Positions 1 to 8,192 of a DNA stretch of 64,000 nucleotides are shown here, one piece after another (position 1 is the first letter of the stretch; every line of letters starts with the position of its first letter). Position numbers and translations under genes: made by a program. This DNA comes from Planctomycetota bacterium. GTDB lineage: Bacteria; Planctomycetota; GCA-002687715; CAIWVZ01. Where the stretch lies: contig JBGANV010000012.1 of the NCBI GenBank assembly GCA_044222185.1, positions 32,001 to 96,000 on the forward strand, read 5' to 3'. Below the pieces are notes generated by a model. It saw nothing but the letters and a program-made list of their open reading frames with translations, did not search any database and was not told the DNA's origin.

Positions 1-822
1 CGGTTCGGCAACCGCGACTTTCAGTTCCTCCCGGACGAGTATCGCAAGGCAAAGGTCCTCGCGGTGAAGGACATTCCACCGGCGGATCAACTGACCTGGC
101 TTCTATCGGGGCACACGCCGGAGATGGAACTCGCCGCCGCCGCGATCTCGCGCGAGCTCGACGTGGATCGCAGCCGTGACAAGCTCTCGCGGTTCCTCGA
201 GTATTGGCGCAACGGCCCCGAGTCGTTCTATCAAGCGCTCGACCGGACGGCCGGCAGCGACGAACGGGTCTTCTACTACGACGCCATGCTCGGTGAGTTC
301 GTGGCGCGCGTCGCACCCGAACTCGGCAAGGCGAGCTCGTTGAAGGAGAAGCACGATCGGTTGCACACGGCGTTCCTGACGCTGCGCGACTATCGCGCCT
401 TCATCGAGGCCATGTCGATCGCGCTCGTGTCGACGGAGCCGCTGCCCGTGCGGCTGTCAGACTACGAGTACTCGGTAGACCCCTCGTCGGCGCGCGTTCG
501 GGACGTCGTCGAGCTGATCGTCGCGTCGAACCGAGGGGATCTCGTCGAATCGATCCGTGAACTGCGGGAGTTTCTCTCGGCGCATCCCATGCCGGAGCAA
601 TTGTGGGGCAAGTTCGCTCCCTCGACGTTTCTCGTCGGTTGGTGCCAGGAGAACGCGGCCAAGCTCAAGGCCCGCCTGCGCACCGCCGAGCCGCGGATCC
701 CCGACCTGCCCATCCACGAGGTGACACTTCGCTGCCGAAAGCTCCGTCAGGAGACGCAGGCGAAGATCCGATCCGTGGCACGGGAGTTCCTCAAGGAGCG
801 GGGAGTGGCGCTGAAGAAATGA
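1..822 (+). CDS. Hypothetical protein, 5'-partial (frame open from position 1)
   Basis: Frame +1 reads RFGNRDFQFLPDEYRK... without a stop into the 64..822 ORF. Codon usage is GC3-rich and the stop overlaps the next start (ATGA at 819-822). Confidence 0.8.
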   Translation, partial: RFGNRDFQFLPDEYRKAKVLAVKDIPPADQLTWLLSGHTPEMELAAAAISRELDVDRSRDKLSRFLEYWRNGPESFYQALDRTAGSDERVFYYDAMLGEFVARVAPELGKASSLKEKHDRLHTAFLTLRDYRAFIEAMSIALVSTEPLPVRLSDYEYSVDPSSARVRDVVELIVASNRGDLVESIRELREFLSAHPMPEQLWGKFAPSTFLVGWCQENAAKLKARLRTAEPRIPDLPIHEVTLRCRKLRQETQAKIRSVAREFLKERGVALKK

Positions 823-2333
823 CGCGGTCGATGCGCACCGCCCTTCTTGCGTGGGTCGCGCCATGCCGTCGCGGGCGGCGAGTATCGCCACTCAGGATCG
901 GGTGCGTGGTGCTCCTCGCGATGCAGGCTATGGGCCAGTCGAACGATCGAGCCCCCGAAAGTCGTGCCGACTCCGCGATCACATTCGCCGCGCTGAGCCT
1001 GTCCGCGCGGGGACACCCATCGCGGCCGTCCCTGGCGTGCTCGCTCGATGCGCAGGGACGTGCCACGTTCCGTGAATCGGGCGACTGGGCCTGGAGCGTG
1101 GAGTGGTTTCCTGACTCCGCATCGGTGCGAGTGCTGCGCGATCGGCTGACCGACAGCCTGCGCGCGACACGCGTCCTCGACGCAGGCCCCTCCGCCGCGT
1201 CTCGGGAGGCGGATGCCGGGGACCGCCTCGAAGTTCGGGATTTGGCGGGAACGATCACGCGGCTTGAATCGCTCGCTCGAGGCCGCGAAGACGTCGATCT
1301 TGCCGAGTCGATCCTCGTACCACGCGACTGGGTGAACGCCGGAACTCCGATCGCCTGGCTCGCGCGACACCAGCGGCCGGACGGGCGCTGGCCTACCAGT
1401 CCCGAGGAACTCGGCTGTGACTCTCGCATGACCACGGGTTGCCGTGCCTCGTTCGGCGCACGCGTCGCACCGGGAGACGGAGCCCTGGCGGTCGACGCGA
1501 TGGTCGCGGGGACTCGCGGGGTCGACGGCGTCCGGTATTCGCCAGCCGTCCTGCGAGGACTGCAGACGCTTGCAGCGGGCGTCGGCCGCCCGACGACCGC
1601 GACGCGGCCCGATCGCGATGATGCTCTCGACGCCGTGCTGACGGCGCTCGCTCTCCGGCGCGGCGTCACCGTTCCGGGCGCGGGGCAGAGTGCGATCGAG
1701 AGGCGTGCTCGTGACGCGCTGGCGATCGTGCTGGATCCTGCCTGGCGCAGATCGCACGTCGATGCGTCGACCGATGACGCAAACGTCCGTCTCCAGCTGC
1801 AGGGCTTCCTGATCGTCGCATGCCTCGTCGAGCCGAGACTCGAATGGACGGATGACGCGCCGGCACTGCGTGCCCTCCGCGAAGACGTGCTCTCGAGCCT
1901 CGCACCTTCCGGAGCGTCGAGCCGGGGCACGCCCTCCGACCCATCCTCGCGCGCGCTGCGTGCCGCCGTCGAATTGCTGGCGATCGATCCGACGACGTCG
2001 GGGCCTCCCGACCTGCGGGTCCACGCGCTGCGGCGGGAACTCGTCGACGGCCTGCCGGCTCTCCTCGCCGACGAAGGTCGTCCTGACCTGGAGGCGCTGC
2101 TCCTCGCGACGCTCGCCATCAATCCCGGCGGCGGGCCTCATCCCGTCGACGCCGAGTCGCAGACCGTTCAGTGGAACAGGGCTGTGACGGGGTTCGTCCG
2201 CGACTCCCGCACGCGCGTGGGTTGTCCGAGCGGGTCGTTCGATCGAACGCGCATCCGCCTGGGCGGCGGCACGCTCGTGCGCACCACGGCCCTGGGGATT
2301 CTCATCGAGGCGGCGGCGCGGCGTGGGATGTGA
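819..2333 (+). CDS. Secreted or membrane protein with a degenerate prenyltransferase/squalene-oxidase (QW) repeat domain
   Basis: ATGA coupling to the upstream gene. Hydrophobic leader CVVLLAMQAMG, QW-like motif WLARHQRPDGRW, and C-terminal GSFD...GGGTLVRTTALGILIE resembling planctomycete alpha/alpha-toroid proteins. Start is uncertain. Confidence 0.6.
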   Translation: MTRSMRTALLAWVAPCRRGRRVSPLRIGCVVLLAMQAMGQSNDRAPESRADSAITFAALSLSARGHPSRPSLACSLDAQGRATFRESGDWAWSVEWFPDSASVRVLRDRLTDSLRATRVLDAGPSAASREADAGDRLEVRDLAGTITRLESLARGREDVDLAESILVPRDWVNAGTPIAWLARHQRPDGRWPTSPEELGCDSRMTTGCRASFGARVAPGDGALAVDAMVAGTRGVDGVRYSPAVLRGLQTLAAGVGRPTTATRPDRDDALDAVLTALALRRGVTVPGAGQSAIERRARDALAIVLDPAWRRSHVDASTDDANVRLQLQGFLIVACLVEPRLEWTDDAPALRALREDVLSSLAPSGASSRGTPSDPSSRALRAAVELLAIDPTTSGPPDLRVHALRRELVDGLPALLADEGRPDLEALLLATLAINPGGGPHPVDAESQTVQWNRAVTGFVRDSRTRVGCPSGSFDRTRIRLGGGTLVRTTALGILIEAAARRGM

Positions 2334-2361
2334 CTCTCGGGATGACGTACGACGTGACCGC

Positions 2362-3189
2362 ATGACCGCATCCCAACCCATCCCCACGCCCGAGGAAGTC
2401 TGGCGAGACTACGACGAAGCGGAACGACGACTCACGGCGCCGCTGAGTGATCGCATGATCGCGCTGGCCGGATTGCGACCGGGCATGCGTGTCCTCGACG
2501 TCGCGACGGGACGCGGCGAGCCGGCGATTCGCGCCGCGCGGGCGGTCGCGCCGTCGGGGGGAGTCGTGGGCATAGACATCGCCGCGAGCATGCTCGACAT
2601 GGCTCGCGACCGCGCCAACCGTGAGGGGATCACGAACCTCGACCTGCGCGTCGCCGATGCTGAAACGCTCGAGGGCGTCCCGGACGCGGCCTTCGACGTG
2701 TCGCTGGCGCGCTGGGGGCTCATGTACTTCGCATCGCCGGTTCGGGCGCTCGCGGCGATCCGCCGCAAGCTCACGGCCCAGGGCGTGCTCGTGATGGCCG
2801 TCTGGGCCGAGCCAGAATGCGTCGACTACTTCACGCTTCCGCGACGGATCCTCGCCAGACACGCGCCCGTGCCCGTGATCGACTTCTCCGTGCCGGGGAC
2901 GTTTCACTACGCGAACGAGGGGCGCCTTCGGCGGGACCTGGAGATCGCGGGCTTTCGGTGTGACTCCGTGGAGGAGCGGTACACGGAGGTGATGGAGACA
3001 CGAACCGGCGCCGGCCTCGTCGCCTGGACGCGGGCGTTCGGTCTCACCAAACTGCTGAACGCCCTCGCGACGGACGTACAGGCCGCCTGGGAGCAGGACC
3101 TCATCGCAGAGGGGGAGCGGCGGCGGCGCGACGGGTTCATCCGGCTCGGCGGTGTGTCCCGGATCGCGGTGGCCCGTCCAGCCCCCTGA
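2362..3189 (+). CDS. Class I SAM-dependent methyltransferase (UbiE/Methyltransf_11-like)
   Basis: Motif I VLDVATGRGEP, followed by VVGIDIAASML, VADAETL and FDVSLARWGLMYF. Confidence 0.92.
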   Translation: MTASQPIPTPEEVWRDYDEAERRLTAPLSDRMIALAGLRPGMRVLDVATGRGEPAIRAARAVAPSGGVVGIDIAASMLDMARDRANREGITNLDLRVADAETLEGVPDAAFDVSLARWGLMYFASPVRALAAIRRKLTAQGVLVMAVWAEPECVDYFTLPRRILARHAPVPVIDFSVPGTFHYANEGRLRRDLEIAGFRCDSVEERYTEVMETRTGAGLVAWTRAFGLTKLLNALATDVQAAWEQDLIAEGERRRRDGFIRLGGVSRIAVARPAP

Positions 3190-3399
3190 TGTCGCCATGA
3201 CACCTGCGGGTCCTGCAAATGTGCACCGTTGTTGCGGAATTCTCCCGATTCCGTCCAGGCGGAACCCGCACGCACCCAGCGGCGAATGCGGATCGTGGAA
3301 GTTCGCCTGACGCAATGCTTGCGCGGCCACCCACCGAGGGTGTAGGTTCGCCGCCCTCACCCAATGACTGGCACCTCTCACCTCCTCGAGGGTTTTTGA

Positions 3400-4728
3400 A
3401 TGAGTTCAGCACGCACCCACCTGACGATTTCGGCGGCTCTGGTCTCTCTGACGTTCCTCGCGACGGTCGGGACTGCACAGCAGACGGTCGTCATTCCGAA
3501 CGGCATGGCTGCTGCCGAGGGGAACTCGAGCAACGCGTTCCCGTGGGGGCGCGGTGGCGCGGGTCTGCGCATCCAGACGGTCTACGACAGCACGAACTTC
3601 ACTGCACAGAACGTCACGTTCCCGGTGATCATCTCCCGGCTGCGCTACCGCCCGAATGCCGCCACCGCGACGACGTGGGTGAACACCTCGTACCAGACAT
3701 CCACGGTGCGCCTGTCGACGTCGCCCAACGATCAAGCGGCGCTGAGCACCGCGTCGTTCGCCGCGAACACCGGCGCGGACGTGCAGGTCGTGTTCTCGGG
3801 ACCCATGACGTGGGCCGCCGGTTCGTCGGTTGCGCCCGGTCCGGCGCCCTTCCTCATCGACGTCCCGTTCTCGACCCCGTTCTTCTATGACCCGAACCTC
3901 GGTGACCTCAACATCGACACCGACCTCCCGATCCAGACGTTCAGTGGGACGAATCTCCAACTCGACGTGCAAACGACGGGGTCCCTCAGCGCACGCGCAT
4001 ACGTCAGCACGGGATACCCGAATCCGCCGTTGACGATCAACGCCAATCACGGCGTCGTGGTCGAGGTCACCTACGTTCCAGCGGCGGGCATTCACGCTGC
4101 GTTCAGCGCGACTCCGACGTCTGGCCCGGCTGCGCTCAACGTGCAGTTCACGGACACGACCTACACCGACGCGCTCGGCGGCGTCACCGGATGGGCCTGG
4201 GACCTCGATGGCGACAACGTCATCGACTCGACCGCCCAGAACCCGAGCTTCACCTACCTCGTGCCGGGTCTGTACTCGGTCACGCTCACGGCGTCGGATC
4301 CGATCAACGGCTCCAGCACGCTCACGCGGACGAACTTCATCAACGTGGCCCAGTACGTGTTCGATGCGCAGACGTCCGGAGGCGGCGTCGGCGACCTCGT
4401 CATCCACGGCGTTCCGAAGGTCGGTGTCCCCACCGCTGCGACGGGATTCATGTTCCTCTCGTTCACGCCGGCTGCGACCGTCGGCGGCGGCCCGTTCCTC
4501 GGCATCCTTCCTGACGGGACGACTTTCGGGATCCTCGCGACGCCAGCGGCCGTCGGCGACATCCTGCACTGGGTGAACACGCCCGGGCTGTTCCCGAATG
4601 TGCCGTTTGCCGTCCCCGCCGGCACGTTGGCGTTCCTCGCGGGCCAGACCGTCGACTTCGTTCAGGCCGACCTGACGCCGGGGATGCTGCTCGCGAACGT
4701 GTCGAACGTCGACCGCGTGACGTTCTGA
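3400..4728 (+). CDS. Secreted PKD-domain protein with a putative C-terminal sorting module
   Basis: Signal peptide ending VGTA-QQ. PKD signature AAFSATPTSGPAALNVQFTDT...WAWDLDGD...QNPSFTYLVPGLYSVTLTA. Terminal VSNVDRVTF. Confidence 0.9.
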   Translation: MSSARTHLTISAALVSLTFLATVGTAQQTVVIPNGMAAAEGNSSNAFPWGRGGAGLRIQTVYDSTNFTAQNVTFPVIISRLRYRPNAATATTWVNTSYQTSTVRLSTSPNDQAALSTASFAANTGADVQVVFSGPMTWAAGSSVAPGPAPFLIDVPFSTPFFYDPNLGDLNIDTDLPIQTFSGTNLQLDVQTTGSLSARAYVSTGYPNPPLTINANHGVVVEVTYVPAAGIHAAFSATPTSGPAALNVQFTDTTYTDALGGVTGWAWDLDGDNVIDSTAQNPSFTYLVPGLYSVTLTASDPINGSSTLTRTNFINVAQYVFDAQTSGGGVGDLVIHGVPKVGVPTAATGFMFLSFTPAATVGGGPFLGILPDGTTFGILATPAAVGDILHWVNTPGLFPNVPFAVPAGTLAFLAGQTVDFVQADLTPGMLLANVSNVDRVTF

Positions 4729-4741
4729 TCGCCGGCCGCGC

Positions 4742-5030
4742 GGAGCGCCAGGCTTCGCCTGGCCGGACCGCGAGGCCTCCCGGCCTCGCGTGAACGTGGC
4801 CGAGCATTCCGCACCGGACAGCCCCAGCGCGCAGCCGCGGCGGTGCGTGACGGCCATCGAGGCAGGGCCGGAGCCCTGCCATCCGGCCGGGTTGGGGAGC
4901 GCCAGGCTTCGCCTGGCCGGACCGCGAGGCCTCCCGGCCTCGCGCGAACGTGGCCGAGCATTCCACCCCGGACAACCCCAGCGCACAGCCGCGGCGATGC
5001 GTGACGGCCATCGAGGCAGGGCCGGAGCCC
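4742..5030 (+). repeat. Compound REP-like palindromic element, tandem copies (135-bp duplication, period 154 bp)
   Basis: 4742-4876 matches 4896-5030 with about 6 mismatches. Each copy starts GGAGCGCCAGGCTTCGCCTGGCCGGACCGCGAGGCCTCCCGGCCTCGCG, which contains two hairpins. Confidence 0.92.
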
Positions 5031-5129
5031 GGCGCTGCGGGCACGGATCCAGCGGCGGCGGCATTTACACTCGCCGCGACGCGCGCCACAGGGCCCTCCC
5101 GGCGGTTCGCCCACGAACGGATTCCCACC

Positions 5130-8057
5130 ATGGTCAAAACTCTCTCGGCAGCTTGGCCGCTCCTGCGGGTGCTCGTCCTCGTCGCACTCGGGTGCGTCGA
5201 CCTCTACGGTCAATGCGGGCAGAACTGGACGACACGCGTCGGGTCGATCGGGCTCCTGAACCGTCCCGCGTACGTGGCGGCGACGTGGTCGAACGGCGGC
5301 ACGCCGGACCTCTACATCGCCGGCGAGTTCTCGGCGGCCGGCACGGTCGGCTCTCGCGGGCTGGTTCGGTTCAACGGTACGTCGTTCTCGCCGGTGGGGC
5401 CGAGCGGCGTTTCGGGCGTCGCAGCGCTCGTCAGCCACGATGACGGCTCCGGTTCCTCCCTGTTCATCGGCGGCACGTTCGCGACCGCCGGCGGAGTCGC
5501 CGCAGAGAACGTGGCTCGGTGGAACGGGACGAGCTTTGCACCGCTGGGCACCGGCATGGTCGGCGCGGGAGTGCAGAGCCTCGCCGTCTTCGACGACGGC
5601 ACGGGCCCTGCGCTGTACGCCGGCGGCTCGTTCTTCCTGGCTGGTGGCGTGGCGTGCAACTCCCTTGCGCGTTGGAACGGCAGCAGCTGGTCCTCCGTGG
5701 GAGGCGGAGTGACGCTGCAGGGTGTCACCGGAAGCGTCTCCGCGATGGCCGCGTTCGATGATGGCTCCGGCCCTGCGCTCTACGTCGCGGGGGCATTCGA
5801 CCAGGCGGGCGGGACGACCGTCGCGAACATCGCGCGGTGGAACGGATCGGCGTGGAGCCCCGCAGGAGCTGGGGTCAACGGACAGATCCTGACCATGACC
5901 CCGCACGACGACGGGAGTGGGGCCGCGCTTTACGTCGGGGGCCTCTTCAGCACTGCGGGCGCGGTTGCAGTATCGAGCCTCGCGCAGTGGCGGTCGACCG
6001 GATGGAGTGCCGTCGGCACCCAGGTGACGTCCGGGACCGTGATCGTCAGAAGTCTGCTTTCGTTCAACGACGGGACCACGACGAAGCTCTACGCCGGCGG
6101 GGATCTCTACCCCCTCGCTGGGCGGAACCTTGCCGTGTGGAACGGGACGGCTTGGTCCGCACCCCCGGGCGCCAGCACTCTGGACCACTTCCCGTCCGCG
6201 CTCGCGGCTTTCAACGACGGCCGCGGACCGGCGTTCTATTCCGTCGGTGGGACGCCGAGCCTTTCGGGCCTTCCGTGGCCCTGTCGGCTGTTTCGATTCC
6301 ACGCAGGCGCGTTGCTGCCCGTGATTGGCGGCATCGACGGTGTGGTGAACGCCCTGTGCGTCGCCAACTTCGGGGCGGGACCACGTCTTTACGCTGGCGG
6401 TACATTCAACCTTGCTGGCGACTCGGCGTGTCACGGGATCGCGATCTGGAATGGGAGCGCATGGGGCGCGCTCGGTGGTGGCGTCGGTCCGTTCAGCCAG
6501 ACGAACGTGGCCGGGGTGAATTGCCTCCTGGCGTTCGATGATGGCTCGGGCATCGCGCTGTATGCGGGCGGTTCGTTCACGTCCATGGGTGGAGCCCCGG
6601 CCGCGAACGTCGCGCGCTGGAACGGGACCGCCTGGTCGCCCGTCGGCACCGGATTCGACGGTCCCGTATTTGCGCTCGCCGTCTACGACTCGGGGACGGG
6701 GCCACGGCTGTACGCAGCGGGTCAGTTCACCGCGGCGGGGGCCGCCCCGGCTGCCCGGCTCGCCAGCTGGAACGGAGTGAGCTGGCAGGCCGTGGGCTCC
6801 GGCCTGTCGGGCGGACTCCTCGTTCCGACCGTGTACGCAATGCAGGTCTTCGACGACGGTGGGGGACCACGTCTCTACGTCGGAGGGTCGTTCACTTCCG
6901 CAGGCGGGATTCCAGCGCAGAACATCGCGCGATGGGATGGATCGACTTTCAGTCCGGTCGGCGCGGGGGTCAACGGGTTCACGTTGTCGCCGTGCGTGAG
7001 GGCCATGACGGTCTTCGACGACGGTGGGGGACCGGCGCTTTTCGTTGGCGGAGCGATCGAGCAGGCTGGCGGGAGCCCGGCGAGTCGGATCGCCCGGTGG
7101 AGGAACGGGGCCTGGCAGTCCGTCGGTGACGGCTGGTTCAACGCCCCGCCCGCGCAGCCGAACGGCGTGATCTACGCGCTCGCCGTCTACGACGACGGCC
7201 GCGGCCCCGCGCTCTACGCCGGTGGGATCGCCTCCACGAGCAACAATCGCCGCTTGAACCACGTGGCGCGCCTCACGGGGAATTCGTGGGAGCCGCTGGC
7301 CGCTGGCGTCCAAACGCCATCCGGGTGCGACGTCCGATCCCTCCTGCCGTTCGACGACGGATCCGGTCCCGGGCTCTTCGTCGGCGGCACGTTTCTCGAT
7401 GCGTCGGGAGCGGAAGCGCATTCGATTGCGCGTTGGACCGCGCCGGGGGCCCCAGCGATCCTTCAAGGGCCAGCGACGACGGCGTGGATCCACAATCAGC
7501 CGGCGAGCCTGCGCGTCGACGCGGCGGGTGCGCCCCCATTGACGTACCAGTGGCGGAAGAACGCGTCGCCGATCCCCGGTGCGACGACCGCGAGTTTCTC
7601 GATTCCGTCGGCCGCACCCGGGGATGCGGCCTCCTACGACGTCATCGTTGCCAATGCGTGCGGATCCGTCGTGTCGAACTCGGTCGCCGTCGACGTCCTG
7701 GCGTGCACGCTCGCACTCACGCAGCCAACGGGTTCCGGATCCCTTCGCGTCGCGAACGCGTTCGGCAAACCGGGCACGCCGTATTTCACGGCGCTGACGA
7801 TCGGGGCGGAGTTCCCCACGATCTCCTGGAGTGCGTTGGCCGTCGGCCCCAACGAGCTCCTCGCGGAGTTCGTCACCCAGGCGCCCCCGTTCGTCGGCGT
7901 CTTCGACAATCTCGGGCAGTCGAACTTCGTCCTCGGTGCCGGCGCCATCCCGCCACAGTTCCTGCTGATTCCGCTCCGCGGCGTGACCGTGACCTACGAT
8001 CCGGCCACGCTGCAGGTCACGGGCCACTCGGCGACGGCCATTCGATTCCTGCAGTGA
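5130..8057 (+). CDS. Secreted beta-propeller repeat protein (about 14 DDGxGPALYxGG...ARWNG blades) with an Ig-like domain and C-terminal module
   Basis: Start MVKTLSAAWPLLRVLVLVALG with a signal peptide. Fourteen repeats end in R[WF][ND]GxxW-like motifs. Ig domain: LRVDAAGAPPLTYQWRKNASPIPGAT...DAASYDVIVANACG. Confidence 0.9.
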   Translation: MVKTLSAAWPLLRVLVLVALGCVDLYGQCGQNWTTRVGSIGLLNRPAYVAATWSNGGTPDLYIAGEFSAAGTVGSRGLVRFNGTSFSPVGPSGVSGVAALVSHDDGSGSSLFIGGTFATAGGVAAENVARWNGTSFAPLGTGMVGAGVQSLAVFDDGTGPALYAGGSFFLAGGVACNSLARWNGSSWSSVGGGVTLQGVTGSVSAMAAFDDGSGPALYVAGAFDQAGGTTVANIARWNGSAWSPAGAGVNGQILTMTPHDDGSGAALYVGGLFSTAGAVAVSSLAQWRSTGWSAVGTQVTSGTVIVRSLLSFNDGTTTKLYAGGDLYPLAGRNLAVWNGTAWSAPPGASTLDHFPSALAAFNDGRGPAFYSVGGTPSLSGLPWPCRLFRFHAGALLPVIGGIDGVVNALCVANFGAGPRLYAGGTFNLAGDSACHGIAIWNGSAWGALGGGVGPFSQTNVAGVNCLLAFDDGSGIALYAGGSFTSMGGAPAANVARWNGTAWSPVGTGFDGPVFALAVYDSGTGPRLYAAGQFTAAGAAPAARLASWNGVSWQAVGSGLSGGLLVPTVYAMQVFDDGGGPRLYVGGSFTSAGGIPAQNIARWDGSTFSPVGAGVNGFTLSPCVRAMTVFDDGGGPALFVGGAIEQAGGSPASRIARWRNGAWQSVGDGWFNAPPAQPNGVIYALAVYDDGRGPALYAGGIASTSNNRRLNHVARLTGNSWEPLAAGVQTPSGCDVRSLLPFDDGSGPGLFVGGTFLDASGAEAHSIARWTAPGAPAILQGPATTAWIHNQPASLRVDAAGAPPLTYQWRKNASPIPGATTASFSIPSAAPGDAASYDVIVANACGSVVSNSVAVDVLACTLALTQPTGSGSLRVANAFGKPGTPYFTALTIGAEFPTISWSALAVGPNELLAEFVTQAPPFVGVFDNLGQSNFVLGAGAIPPQFLLIPLRGVTVTYDPATLQVTGHSATAIRFLQ

Positions 8058-8192
8058 CGTCCGCGGTGCGCCGGCGTCGGCGACGTGTCGCTTGCGGCGC
8101 CGCAACGCGGCCACGCCAGATCCGTCCTGCTCACGCGCCGGCGTCGCGGGCGACCGGTCAGTTGACGCGATCGGGCCTCCGCCTTGGCGACG

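Noticed and set aside
3308-3324. Sigma-54-like site CTGACGCAATGCTTGC
   Set aside because: It lacks the invariant GG at -24.
4742-5030. Repeat-spacer-like pattern as a CRISPR array
   Set aside because: There are only about two units per locus, the intervening sequence is itself duplicated rather than unique, units are 150-200 bp, and there are no cas genes. It fits REP-like elements.
4950-5129. N-terminal extension of the propeller protein in the ORF track
   Set aside because: It is encoded largely by the REP-like repeat; the signal peptide begins at ATG 5130.
4662-8114. Very long antisense or alternate-frame ORFs (e.g. 4662..8114 -, 25240..28161 +, 29141..31474 +, 35977..38160 -, 50661..52955 +)
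   Set aside because: They are Arg/Gly/Ala-rich shadows of real genes, expected at high GC, and have no motifs or RBS.
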